64,000 nt of DNA from the human T2T-CHM13v2.0 reference genome, Homo sapiens. Within the stretch, counting starts at the first letter, position 1. The number at the start of each line of letters is the position of its first letter. The translations under genes and the position numbers were made by a program. Location: the NCBI RefSeq assembly GCF_009914755.1, contig NC_060933.1; one strand, given 5' to 3'. The notes below the pieces were generated by a model. It ran no database searches. It was not told the origin of the DNA and saw only the letters and a program-made list of their open reading frames with translations. Shown in pieces: positions 1 through 15,048 of this stretch.

Positions 1-220
1 TGGTGGTGGTGGTGGTGGCAATGATGGTGATGATGGTGGTGATCATGGTGATAATAGTTATGATGATAGGTGATGATGGTGGTGATGATGATGGTGGCAA
101 TAATGGCAAGGATGATGGTGGTGATGATGATGGTGGCAATAATGGCAAGGATGATGGTGGTGATGATGATGATGGGAATGATGGTTGTGATTATCATAGT
201 AATGGTGGTGAAGATGATTT
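1..220. repeat. (GAT/GGT)n low-complexity trinucleotide repeat, truncated by window start
   Basis: Runs of GGT/GAT; contains a 39-bp unit repeated at 72-110 and 111-149 plus a partial third copy. Confidence 0.95.
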
Positions 221-1189
221 TGACTTCACATCCAGATAATGGGTCCAGAGCTAACTATTTTTGAGAAAAAAAGGATTTTGAAAATTTACTGACTATATCA
301 AGAGATAAATTTGGTGGAGTAGATCACAAAGATCCATGTATGAGAGGTTCCAACTAGGAAGAAGAAGAGGGCAAGGCCCTCCTTCTGGCACGTTGTGGGA
401 AGAAGAAAAGAGACAGAGGCAAATGGATGAGTTTGAGCACAAATGGAACATCAACTGTGAAAGATACGTAGCAAGTATGACAAAATTTATGAAGTTTGGG
501 TTGTGAGTGTATGGATGTCCATTATAGTTCAGTGTGTTTTAAATATTTTCTCATTTACAAGTAGATCACATAAAAGCAAGTCCTGTCTGCAAAATCACTA
601 TATTTATTCAATATATTCAAGAAGGCCATATCTCATATTCATAATTTTGAAGATCTCATTATCACTGTACTTGCAGCTCAATTCTGTTGCAGTAAAATGA
701 GGACAAGTGGGTGAGCAGCTAGGAGAAATGAAGGCAGGCCTAATTGATAGTTCAGTATCTGTTTGCCAAAGAATTTTGAACCTGAACTTTGTAACTCCCA
801 ACGTTGTTCAAGCATAGTTTGCATGGGCTGGAAGTGACAAGGAGTTGAATATAGAGCTTTGACCACAACTGCTGAGGCTGGATGCTCAGTTTTGGCCATG
901 TCCACAGAAAAGGGGAGCCATGTGATGTGCTTTGATGGGGTCCAGGTACCCAACTTTTGAGGTAAAATCTCTACGAGATGAAAGCTGATCAGTATTCATA
1001 GCAAACAACTGGAGTCTACAGAACATGGTTGGGGGCAAAGGCAATTTGGAAATCTCTATATGGCTAATGGGGGTCTGCTCAAGCACTCTTTTGGTAATTT
1101 GTGTGTAGCTAAAAAAAAATCCATATTGATTATTTAGTTGCCAAAACCTCAACACACAGAATTGGCACAGATGAAGAGGGAAAGGTACA

Positions 1190-1335
1190 TGCATTTGTGT
1201 GGGTATATGGGTGTGTGTGCATGCATGCATATGCATATATATGTGTGTATATTGGTATGTGGGTATGGTATGTGGTATGTGCCTGTGTGTTTGGGGTGTG
1301 TGTGATGCATATGGTATGTGCATGTGTGTGAGCAC
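1190..1335. repeat. Degenerate (TG)n/(CATG)n purine-pyrimidine repeat
   Basis: gtgtgtgtgcatgcatgcatatgcatatatatgtgtgtat... seen directly. Confidence 0.9.
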
Positions 1336-1882
1336 ACCCACAGGCAACTGTGCAGATTGAGAAGTCATTTCCCTTCTTGTACCCTGCCCAGTGGTTTGGA
1401 CATAAACCCCAGTCTCCCTACTGTTTACACCTCACCTTTCCAGTTAGGAAAATTCCAATGTGAGTGGCAATCAGAGAGTTAGGAAACATGAAGCTGAGTT
1501 TTCTGTCATGGATTTGGCTATAGTTAAAAATGATCACAAGGTGATTGGAGATTTTTTTTTTCTTGGTAGTTTCCATTTGAGGTTAAGTAAATACAGGTAT
1601 TTGGATTGGACTGGATTTTGTTTTAGGCTCAGCAATTTAGGTGAGATAAGAATCAGGGGTTACTTCTGTAATGAGGAGAAAAGAAAAGACACCAATTTGT
1701 AGGGGTCTGTGGCCCCTGTTATCACCATCCCCACTACAAGGGTGGGTGCAAGGCAGGTGGTGGGATAGGGAGAGTGAGAAAAGAAAGATTTCTGGGTCAG
1801 ATGGCTGGCCTTACTGTTTAATTTTTTTCCGATAGAATCCAGGGAATGTTGGAACAGAACAATGGGGAAAAATCCCCAAATA

Positions 1883-1918
1883 ACACAAAACAAAACAAAA
1901 CAAAACAAAACAAAACAA
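1883..1918. repeat. (CAAAA)n microsatellite
   Basis: Perfect CAAAA pentamer run. Confidence 0.95.
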
Positions 1919-2699
1919 CCAAAACGCCAACCTCAAACAAAAACAGAAAAGTTAAAAAACCAAGGAGGGAGGAGGGAGAAACAGGGGCCTGTGTAAGCTG
2001 GATTTGTATGTGTTTGGGGAGCTTGGAAGAGAAAGGACGAAATGTCTGGGGAAATCCGGGTGTGAGAGAGACATTTCAAATGAGAGAGATGTGGAATTTT
2101 AAAGAGGTGTTTTTTTGTGTACTATGACAACACTTTCTTTTTGGAAATCTTAATAGGTTGTAGTAAAATGTTGAACCTTTAAAAATTTTTGATGGGACTG
2201 AATTGATGTTTAAAATGCTACCTTCTGCTGAGACGGGGCCACAGGATGGCTGGAATGCATTTAAGTTTACTTTGAATCGTCAGCATTTACTGAGCACTCT
2301 CTACAGACAGGAGAAGGAACTAGGTGTTGAAAAGATTTACAAACTCCTTTTAAAAATGTCACCATTGGCTGTTGTAGACAATCCCTAAGTCCTGCCTTGC
2401 CCTCAACCCTCATGTCCAGGTATCCAGACTTGCCTCCAAGCCCCCCAGGTCTCTTTTGGCCTGGCCTACATTTCTGGGTCCTCCCTGTGTCCTCACTGTG
2501 ACTCTGCAAGGGCTGGTCCCATCAACCCTTGCCTGGACCAGTGCCTCTACCCTCTCCCTGTGCTGGTCACCATGGACACAGACTCAGGACATAATTGCCC
2601 TAAATGGTCACTCCATGCCTTTTATCCCCGCTCCTTGTGTTCTCCTGTAGTGTCTGATTATCTGCAGAATAAGAACAAGTAGCAATGATATTAATCATC

Positions 2700-3205
<506 letters not shown>

Positions 3206-3292
3206 CGTTGCTAGATTCTTTTATTTTATCTCATGTGTCCCCCACAGAAGCCCTTTGATTTTCTTATTAGTCCCCAAACATGTTAAACACTT

Positions 3293-3314
3293 TGTGTGTG
3301 TGTGTGTGTGTGTG
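3293..3314. repeat. (TG)n microsatellite
   Basis: Direct dinucleotide run. Confidence 0.95.
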
Positions 3315-3504
3315 ATCACTTGTTCACACTCTTTGTACATTCCTTTCTTTCTATTTATCTGAGGCTGGCCTTCAAGCTTTGTTCAATACTTTCAGTTGCC
3401 TCTGGTTGGTTATTTAATAATATCCCCTCTTCAAGACAATCTGCCTTGAGCATACATTTTCTTATATGTATTTCTCTTCCAGGTCTACATGTTTTCCCAC
3501 CTAG

Positions 3505-3600
3505 CAGAGTGTGAGATCTTTGAGACCCAAACCCATAGTCTTATATCCTGTTTTATCTCCAGCATCTAATGCAGAATCTCTCATAGAGCTATGGTTGCAC
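3505..3600 (+). mobile_element. L2 3'-end fragment
   Basis: gtgagatctttgag...gtcttat...tatctccagcatcta resembles the L2 3' terminus. Confidence 0.5.
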
Positions 3601-3709
3601 AAAGCACTGGTTTCACAGGGAGTTGTTCTTTAGTTCTATAATGCCCATTATCTCTCTGCCAATCTTTGAAATTGAATACTTTTCTCAAGCTTATTGACAA
3701 GTGACTGGA

Positions 3710-4075
3710 ATTCTCTCTCTGGCTTTTTTGCATATTTACCCTGATGAAGAGGCCCTGTCAAGGAACTGTGGGTATCCTCTGGTCGGCAGCCAGAGAGAAA
3801 CAGAGGACCTTGGAATAACAGCCTTCAAGAAGCATTATTTTGCCAACAGCCATGTGAGTTATCTTGGATGCAGATCATTTCCCAGTTGAGCCTTCTGATG
3901 AGACTGCAGACCCAGTTTCCACTTGATTGCAGCCTTACAAGAGACTGAAGCTGAGGACCTAAATAAGTCATACCCAGATTTCTCCTCCAAAGAAACTGTG
4001 AGATAATATGTGTGCATATTTTAAACTGACAAACTTCAGGGTACTGTGATTCATAGCAACAGATCAGCAAAGCAC
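3710..4075 (+). mobile_element. MLT1 (ERVL-MaLR) solo LTR, partial
   Basis: gccaacagccatgtgag...cccagttgagccttctgatgagactgcag...gaaactgtgagataat is typical MLT1E/F text. Confidence 0.85.
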
Positions 4076-4254
4076 ACACTAAGTGTCTCAAATGTTCATG
4101 ATATAATAGCATAAAAGTAATAAAACAAGTGGACAAACAAATCTATGATCAATGAATGTCATGAAATGTCTCAGAGACAACTGGGTAACCACATGAAGAA
4201 GTTGTCCCATGTACATGTGAGGGCCAATGAGTTAAAGGAGCCCTAGTTAGCTAG

Positions 4255-4596
<342 letters not shown>

Positions 4597-5141
4597 GGTT
4601 GCATAAATTTATACAGTATATTTTACTTCTTTGTCTGACTTCCTGCTATTTCCCTCCCTACTGATCGTTTTGTGGGCTGATTTTTTTTTGTAATTTTAAT
4701 TGAATCATGTTATGCTGTATATGAAGTGAAACCTTTAATGGGATAAATCAAACTAAATAAAATGTTTACTTATAAGGAACTCATTTTTGAGGACTCATTT
4801 GGACCCAATTCTCTTCCTGGATCTGGTAGCAAATTGAAAAATGTGCCATCTTGGTCCAGTTCCCAGTTGTTACAGTCTTTTTGATATGATTTAAATGCCA
4901 GTGTAGAGTTCTGAAAAGAACTTGGTCTCCTCTTTGCCTGCAGTTTATCATTCTGTCTCCTTTTGGATGAATTGTGTGTCATTCCTATAAAAATACCACA
5001 GTTGAAAACAAGCATTTCCCAGCCATGAGCAGTATGCTTCCTGAAAGCATATTCCCTGGAAGGGAATGACATTGCCTATTTTTTCTATTGATCTGAGACA
5101 TAGTGGGTAGGACAGAGAGCAATTAAAGAATTGGCATAATA

Positions 5142-5317
5142 TAGGGTTTCTCTGTCTCAGCACTTGTGGCGTTTTGGACCAAATAGTCATTTATTGTGAA
5201 GGGCTGTCCTGTGCACTGTAGGATACTTACCAGCATCCCTGACCTTTACCCACTCATTGCTAGTAGCACTCTCAGGTCATGACAACCAAAAATGTCCCCT
5301 GGGGGTTGAGAACCATT
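5142..5317 (-). mobile_element. MER20 (hAT-Charlie) DNA transposon fossil
   Basis: agggtttctc...gggctgtcctgtgcactgtaggat...cagcatccctgacc...gacaaccaaaaatgtcc...gttgagaacca matches reverse-complement MER20. Confidence 0.85.
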
Positions 5318-6224
5318 CACATTATTCCACCACATGAATAGTCTGCCTCTACTCTGATTTATTCGACAATCAATAATAGCAATGGCTATAATCTAATAAT
5401 ACATCTATAAATTCATCTACAAATACAGCTACAAATTATTTACTATATGTCTTATTTATAGATATTTGAGAATTCATATTTCCACTTTAGAGGGCAAGGG
5501 TAGTATGTTTCTCTGGCATATTAAGTTGATGTTCACATTTCAAACAAAATTATAATGAACAAATATTCCAAATACTGCTTTAAAAGAGAAGATACATATG
5601 TCTTTATTAAGTGATATTTTAGACCCTTTTTCAGTGTTTTAAGAATCCTGTACTCTCTTATCTACTGAGGAGGCAAACAGTGTGTGTGTGACTTTGTCAT
5701 TTTTGGTTGTATTCAATAAAAATATTCTGGGAGCCTCCATTCAGTAAATGAGCTCCATTTGCTTGAAATCATTATTTGGCAAGAAAACAGTTTTCACTTT
5801 ACAGCTTTAAAAGCTCATAGTTTTATTTTTAAAAGTTAGTCATTTCCATTAGCAGGCAAGTAGCAAGTAAATAAATACAAGAAAACAAAAATAAATGTTT
5901 AGTATATTTTCCCCCTAGTTTTTGATTATTGATTTGGTTCATTTTTGGTTTGTGGAAGCAAAAGAGCACATTAGAAATTTTATCCTTTCTGATTTGCCTC
6001 GTGAAAAAATTTTAAGATGCATTATATGGATTTAGTATCGTACAGAAGAGACATGGAGGGGGTGGTCATGGAAAATCACACTCTTCCATGTCACATGGAC
6101 CTGAAATTCAGTCTTCAACTCCCTTAGCTGTAAAATGGGACAGTATCATCCTCCTCATGATGTTCCTGGGAACATTCAGTGATGGACCCAACCTTTGTGA
6201 AGTTATTTCTGATCTTGTCCTGCT

Positions 6225-6675
6225 TTGTTTTTTTGTGGCAAAAAACACATTACCTAAATTTAACCTCATAATCATTTTAAAGTGTATAATACAGTGTTGC
6301 TAACTACAGCACATCATTGTACAATAGATCACTAGAACTTTTTCATCTTGCAAAAATGAAACTCTATATTCATTAAACAACTCTTCATTTTCCCTTAACC
6401 CCTGGCAACCATCATTCTACTTTCTATCTCCATGAGTTTGACTATTTTAGATCCCTAGCATAAGTGGGGTAATACAGTATTTGTCTTTTTGTAACCACTT
6501 ATTTCACTTAGCATAACGTCCTCAAGGTTCATAATTTACTTCCTATACCACATTTTCTTCATCCATTCATTTGACAATGGACATTTAGGTTGCCTCCATA
6601 CCTTGGCTATCGTGAATAATACTGCGACGAAAATAAATGTGCAGATACCTCTTTGTGAGTCTCTTCAATTCTTCT
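6225..6675 (-). mobile_element. L1M (MA/MB-type) 3' fragment
   Basis: cccctggcaaccatcattctactttct...gtatttgtctttttgt...ttatttcacttagcataa is antisense L1 3'UTR. Confidence 0.9.
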
Positions 6676-6809
6676 AATATAAACCCCGCTTGTTCTACTT
6701 TTTAACTTCCTAGTCTTGTGAACATAATTTTATGATTAGAATAATAGAATCTTCTGTAGTATTTTTGGGCCCTTTTTTGGTATCTCTCTTTTAAAAACAT
6801 GCCTATCTT

Positions 6810-6900
6810 CTCCTACTGGTCAGAGTCATCTGATGTCAGGGACTATGTCTTATTCATCTTTGTGTCCCCAGCACTTAACTAGTCCTCAGTAAAGAATGTT
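6810..6900 (+). mobile_element. L2 3'-end fragment
   Basis: cagggactatgtcttattcatctttgtgtccccagcactta matches the L2 terminus. Confidence 0.7.
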
Positions 6901-8194
6901 GCTTGTCTGACTAATTGGATCCACACATTATTTAATTGATGAGTGTCAATGGAGATTGTGGCATAGAGAAGCCTCTTGATAAATGTAATGTTTTCTCCTT
7001 CTACAAGTTAGAGTCATGAAGATGGGATTGTAACAAATGCAGTGCAAAAACATCATTCAATAACATATTCTCCATTGCATGTAAGTGACAGAGAACCTTC
7101 TGTCCAAATACGGGATTTTGAAACATAGCAATACATATTCTGGTAAAAATCAACACTGTAGTTTGAAGGATACATGATTAGTGCCTTTTTTCAATGCATT
7201 GAATAGCACAGCAAACGAAGTAGAACCAGTTAAACACCAATATTTAGTTAAAGGAAGACAGGCCACACACTAAACTGAGATATTCTTATTAAAGTAAGGA
7301 GAAATTCCTGTTATCACCTTCTTGGTTGAGTTTCCACATGCAGACCTCCCTGCGGTTAAGTCAGAGAAGGTCTGCATCTATTTACTTGTTCATTCATTCA
7401 CCCCTGTGTTAGATAAATTTTTATCCTGCGCTTCCAACATTTTCCCCCAGTCTCTGTGTCTTTGTGGGATTTAAATATCAATGGATATGAACAATGTCCA
7501 AATGATTTCCAGAAGTTTTAATGACATTGATTGATAATGTATATGGAATTCCCATCATATGGAATTGACTTTTTCTTTGAATGGAATCAGAACAGTCATG
7601 TCAGAATCCAGTATTTGAGAAAAGGGGGACATTAAACATCTTGCTTTGTTTTCTATTTTGTCTTTATTTGGTTGTTTTATGTAACGTGGCGCTGGTTGGT
7701 ATACCATCTAGTGCTCTGCCAATCTGGTATTTATTTCAAATGTTTTAGCTTGTCCTGAATTAGCTGTGGTTTCTAACATATGTAATTAAAGGACATCAGT
7801 ACTGGTCTCTACCTGACCAGAGGCATGCCACAGACAGATGATTCTTTGCAAATTACAACCTTGAAACCAAGGAACTCTGTTGGGCTCCCTTGCTGGTGGT
7901 GTAGAAGCAGTGTGGAAGTCTACCATGGGTGTATAATGAGAAACTGATGCTGATAAATTTTATAACAAAAATAATACGATTATAATAAACATACTTTACA
8001 AGTGGACACGGACTTACACTTTACAAAATGATTTCCCAGTCTTACCTGACACTCATGACCTCCTTAGGAAGCAGGTTTAGACTTCAGAGGAGGTAAGTGA
8101 CCAAACCCACGCTCCTTCCATGCTTGTTAAAGTAGAGCTGTTGGAAATGTTTGGGTAATTGCCCAGCATCACCTGCTAATATGAGGGCTGCCTG

Positions 8195-8370
8195 GTTTGT
8201 GAGGAGAACAAGGAAGGCTTTGGATTCAAATATACCCAAGTCCAAATCCTTGTTTAGGTGCTTATTAGCTTTGTAACTTTGGCAACTTCTTAGTCTCTTT
8301 GCTTCAATTTCTTCATCTACAAATTTGTAATATAATAGTTAACCTGAAGGGTTGATTTAAGTTTGAAATT
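8195..8370 (+). mobile_element. MIR
   Basis: ggctttggattc...cttattagctttgtaactttggcaacttcttagtctctttgcttcaatttcttcatctacaaa is the MIR core. Confidence 0.8.
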
Positions 8371-8409
8371 TTCATGTTTTTTCCCTGACCTCAAGTAGTT
8401 GTATCTTTT

Positions 8410-9510
<1,101 letters not shown>

Positions 9511-9584
9511 AAATGGAATAACATCCCAAAATCCTGCCTCCAATGGGGACTTAACAGCACTGTTCCTTTTTTGTAGTACAAGGT

Positions 9585-10219
9585 TGTTACCAAAAAGGGG
9601 CCCCTATCCAGACCCCAAGAGAGGGTTCTTGAATCTCATGCAAGAAAGAATTCAGGGTGAGTCCATAGAGTAAAGTGAAATCAAGTTTATTAAGAAAGTA
9701 AAGAAATAAAGAATGATTACCCCATAGGCAGAGCAGTGGCATGAGCTACTCAAGCTGCTTAACTTACCATTACTTCTTGATTATATGCTAAACAAGGGGT
9801 GGACTATTCATGAGTTTTCTGATTAAGGAGTGGAAAATTCCCAGTACTGAGGGTTCCTCCCCCTTTTAGACCATATAGGGTAACTTCCTCCCTTTTTCAT
9901 GGTATTTGTAAACTGCCATGGCACTGGTGGGAGTGTTTCTTAACATGCTAATGCATTATAATTAGTGTATAATGAGCAGTGAGGATGACCGGAGGTCACT
10001 CTGGCCACCATCTTGGTTTTGGTGGGTTTTGTCTGACTTCTTTACTGCAAGCTGTTTTATCAGCAAGGTCTTTGTGACCTGTATCTTGTGCTGACCTCCT
10101 ATCTCATCCTATGACTAAGAATGCCTTAACCTCCTGGAAATGCAGCCCAGTAGGTCTCAGCCTTATTGTACCCAGCCTGTATTCAAGATGGAGTTGCTCT
10201 GGTTTAAATGCCTCTGACA
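9585..10219 (-). mobile_element. MER41B-like ERV1 solo LTR
   Basis: TG...CA termini (tgttacc...ctctgaca), 635 bp; ccagaccccaagagagggttcttg and caagatggagttgctctggtttaaatgcctctgaca are MER41 ends. Confidence 0.85.
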
Positions 10220-10828
10220 GGATAGAGCCAGGACTGGGCCCCAGGCCATCTAGCTGACTTCATATTTCCACCTACAACAAAGTCCTACATCACAGGATTG
10301 ACAAGGTACAATAAAGGAGTCCTACATTCCCACTCTGTGGAGCTCTGGCTCTAACACCATTTCTAACACATGCTAAACAGAGTAATGGAATCTTCATTGA
10401 CAAATATTGAGGGCACAGCATTAAGAGGGATTTTCCTGTTATGACTCCTTATTTCCACAAGATGTGGAAGGTTGTGCAAAACAAAGCCAATACACACACA
10501 CGCTTAGGTCCTTCCTGAGAGCCTAGATTAATTTTATTGCAAACAGAAAGTAGGGAGATATGAAGGTCCATGGCAAGTAGGATAGTACAACACAACACAG
10601 TACAATATGACATAATCACAGAACATTTTTCATTAATGGATAAAGAAAATATAGTATCATATACACAATGGAATACTATTCAGCCTAAGAAAATGAAATA
10701 TTATCATTTGGGACAATATAGATGAACCTGGAGGACATTACGCAAAATGAAATAAGCCAGGCATAGAAAGATACATGCCACATGATCTTACTCATCTGTG
10801 GAATCTAAGAAAGTCCAACTCAGAGGAG

Positions 10829-11418
10829 TGTAAGGGAGTACCCCCATTTTTTTAAGAGGTGGTTTATTTTTTTTTCCCTCTATCACTTTTTTTCTCACTT
10901 CCCTGGCTCCCTATTTCCTACCTAGCCCTTCAGAAATGCAAATGTAACCTTTCACCTCCCCCCTCACCAGACATTCCTTACAGGGCAAGTTCATCTAACT
11001 ATGCACTCCAAGATGGATCTCTCCTGGAGAGTTGACAGTTGATTTGCAGACCAAAGCATACCCCATGGAACTTTCACTTGTAGGGGGTTGCCTCAGAACT
11101 TTGATCCACTAGAGGGCATATGGAAAGCATGCCTGCTTGGCCACTTTTACAACTTACATCTGCCCAGGAAGGTGCCAACTCAACTGTAGATAGACAAGGC
11201 ACCAACCTAACAGGGGGAACCCTGCCCTTGCTCATTCCCCACCCCGCCACCTTATAAAAGTGCCCGCTTTCTGCTCCAAAGGTGAAGCAGTACAGTAGGA
11301 CATCTGTGCCTCTTCCCCAAGCTAGCTTCGGAAGAAATTCACTTTTTTAGGTATCAGATCTTACTTTTTTTAACTGGACTCTAAATGCAGCAAGCAACTA
11401 AGCTGCATTTCAGTTACA
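10829..11418 (+). mobile_element. ERV1-class solo LTR (subfamily unresolved)
   Basis: TGTAA...TTACA inverted termini, 590 bp, 4-bp TSD GGAG/GAAG, TATAAAA at 11253-11259; interrupts L1MA precisely. Confidence 0.85.
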
Positions 11419-11734
11419 GAAGCAGAGTTGAATGGTAGTTACCAGAGGCTGGGTGTTTTGTGAGGGATGGGGAGATCTTGGTCAAAGGGTACAACTTTCA
11501 GTTATGGAGGATAAATAAGTTCTGGAGATTTACTGTACAGTTTGGTGACAATGGTTAATAATGCTTCATTGTATATTTGAAATTGACTAAGACAGTAGGT
11601 CTTCAATGTTTTCACCACCCCCAAAAAAAAGTATATAAAGTGATGTATATGTTAATTTTCTTGATTTGATAATTTCATTATATATACATATATTAAAAAC
11701 ATCGTGTAAATATATGTAATTTCTAATATTAATT

Positions 11735-12368
11735 TTTAAAATTTTATTTTTAATTGACATAATAGTTCTATATATTTATGGGGCACAAAGTGATATTTTG
11801 ATATATGTTTACAATGTGGAATGATTAATTCAGGCTCATTAACAAATTCATCACATGCTTTTCATTTTTGTGGTGAAAATATTTTAAATCTACTCTCTTG
11901 GCAATTTTAAAATATATAATGCATTGTAAATATAGTCACCATTCTGTGCAATAGGTCACTAACACTTATTCCTCCTTATTTAACTGAAACTTTGTACCTT
12001 TTGATCAACATCTCTCATTTCTTCATACACTCCTCTCCCCCAGCTTTTGGTAACCACATTCTATTTCCACTTCTATGAGTTCAACTTTTTTAGATTCCAC
12101 ATATAAGTGATATCATGCAATACTTGCCTTTCTGTGCCTGGCTTATTTCATGCTGCATAATGTACTCCAGGTTTATCATGTTGTCTCAAATAACAAGATT
12201 TCCATCTTTTTAAAGGCTAAACAGTACTCCCTTGAGTATATAGATCACACATTCCTTATCCATCCATCTGATGGTGGACACCTGGGCTGCTTCCATATCT
12301 TATCGATTGTGAATAATGCCGCAATGAACATTGGAGTGCCCACATCTCTTCAACATGCTGATTTCAAT
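11735..12368 (-). mobile_element. L1MA 3' fragment
   Basis: ttttaattgacataatagttctatatatttatggggcacaaagtgat...ttagattccacatataagtga is antisense L1MA 3'UTR. Confidence 0.9.
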
Positions 12369-12755
12369 ATATTTCTATTTGTTAATTATACCTCAATAAA
12401 GCCGGGGTGAGGAAAAATATATCAGCCACTTGGCAAATTAAAAAAAGAATATTTCCCATGTTCTTTGTCCTAAAGCAAGAATAAATGTAATCAGTTATTT
12501 CTGGGAGTCCACACGAACTGTCTGGGATGTGAGAACAGTCCTCAGTCACATATCAGCACTTATTTTCCTCATCAGCTCAGGGCTCACTAGCTTTGACAGG
12601 CACAAGCACGTTCCTGCCAAGTCCTTCATCAGAAAATGTTTTCCTAACTCAGGCAGATGGAGATTATCATCAACTTCAAGACCGCCCAAAAGAAGATCCG
12701 AGTGCTTCAGTCACTGGGACTGCAGGGAGAAGTGTTCAGACAGAGGGAACCTTGA

Positions 12756-13252
<497 letters not shown>

Positions 13253-13261
13253 TTCCCTGGC

Positions 13262-13827
13262 TGTTTTGAAATATAGCGCAGTGGGAGAAAATTTGAGGCA
13301 TAGTAACGCCAACAGGTAAGAATACGACTGCCATTGAAAAGATAGTTTCTCACAGTTCCCAAGAAGAGAGCCCACACCATGCCACGAGGTATATATGGAA
13401 ATACCAAGATAGGCCATAGGCAGAGGAATCGAGGGTACTGTGGGCAAGAGCCTTTATTTTGTTTTGTTTTGTTTTTGTGGGAAGGGACTGGTGAGGCAGG
13501 GTAAGCAGGCTTGGGATTGGCTAGTATGAATCATTTCAGTGGGCTCTGGGGTGGAGGGACTCTCCCTGGTTGTCTGGTACCTGCCCTGGGGTGATTGGGG
13601 TAAGGGGATAGTGGCCCAGAGTATGAGAGCCCCATAGAGGGGGCAGTGGGGTGTGGGCTCTGGGTTGGTTGTTTTACATATGAAAGGTGTACTCACAGGG
13701 GTCCTTTACTCCCTCTAGGAATTAGCTGGTTCTTGGGGCTGGGGTGGGGAGAACAGTTCCTCCAGGGCCAGCAGCTCCCAAGATGTCAAAGCATCAGAAT
13801 ACAAAAAATAAAATACTTGGTAATACA
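13262..13827 (-). mobile_element. MER74A-like ERVL solo LTR
   Basis: TG...CA termini with 5-bp TSD CTGGC (13257-13261, 13828-13832); gactgccattgaaaagatagttt and gatgtcaaagcatcagaataca match antisense MER74. Confidence 0.85.
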
Positions 13828-15048
13828 CTGGCCAAATTTTTATATTATTATTGCAAGACCATCCCAGATTCACACTGGACAGAAACGAGTCGCCTTGTCA
13901 ATGTCTAGATGGGGCTTTGTAAGAAGCCCGGTCATCAAAGGCTCAGCCCAGGCATGGCTTTCTAGGGAACATGCAGTTGGGCTCAGTAGTTATGTGTGGG
14001 GCTGATCAAGGAGCCCAAATCTTAGGGGTCCCTTTGGTGAGGGAGGCTCAGCTGAGCAGCACAGAGAGGGCTTGGTGGCAGTTCTGACCTTTTAGATTTA
14101 ATTGAGTCTTGGATCAGTAAACTTTATGAAATATGTCACATACAACCCAATTTCAGAGGCATTTCTATGTCCATTTTATGAAGATATTAAATCACTTTTT
14201 GAAACTGAGATTTTTATCTGGAAGCCTTTTCATGACTTTGTTAATCCAGAGCTGCCTTTTGATTTCTTCTTTTCTTCCTTTTCTTTTTTGAGTAGAAGAG
14301 TGATAACAGGACCTGAATAGTAAACACTGTTTTGTTTTTTAACTTGAGAAACACAAGCCCAAATAATAATTTAAAATCTTCAAGAAAAATAGAGATTTTT
14401 TTTCTCCCTCATCTAAAATTCACATGGCTGGAGCTGTACCTTTAAGTATTCAGGCTTGGTTCTTTCTAAATTGGCAGGGAATTGACCTGCAGTTTTAAAA
14501 AGAAGCCTGTTTTTTCCTTATATGCACGTAGAATGTTCATCTACATGTTTAAGGCAACTGCAAATGGTCTCCAGGTGATATAAAATAAAGGGTGTCTGAA
14601 ATCTAAAGTAATTATAGGGATATAGTATGAAGAAAGGGTCATATGTAAAAATCAGGATTATACTCTTGTGCTTATCAAAATTCTCCAGATAATAATGTTT
14701 AAAGATAATTCAAAAACATCTACTAGGCAATTTTATAACTTAAAAAACTCTTAAAATAAATGGTTTTAACCAGATCAATATAAATTTCTGAATCAAATTT
14801 AACTTTTAAATTGTGCCTCCTGTAAAACCTTCCAGGTAAGATATAAAGTATTTCAATATTCAGTAATAATCACGGCAACGCTACCTGAAAAGTCAGAGCA
14901 GGGCCTCAATCTCCTCTCTAAGATTAGAAAAATGCCCCTTTGTTTTCTCTCCAGATATTCTTCTGATTTCTGCTAGGACCCAATTTTGTCTCGCTTTCCC
15001 TCATCTACTTTTCTTTAACCAATAAACATTTATTATGTACCTACCTAT

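Larger units (their letters stand above)
10634..12416 (+). mobile_element. L1MA 3' end in three pieces (10634-10828, 11419-~11725, ~12370-12416), split by an LTR and an antisense L1
   Basis: Collinear L1 3'UTR text resumes after each insert and ends tatacctcaataaagccgggg...aaaaa. Confidence 0.85.

Noticed and set aside
3-264. M/V/D/G-rich ORFs at the window start
   Set aside because: Translations of the GAT/GGT repeat.
560-1530. Possible ancient LTR or L1ME remnants
   Set aside because: Too diverged for me to assign without an HMM search.
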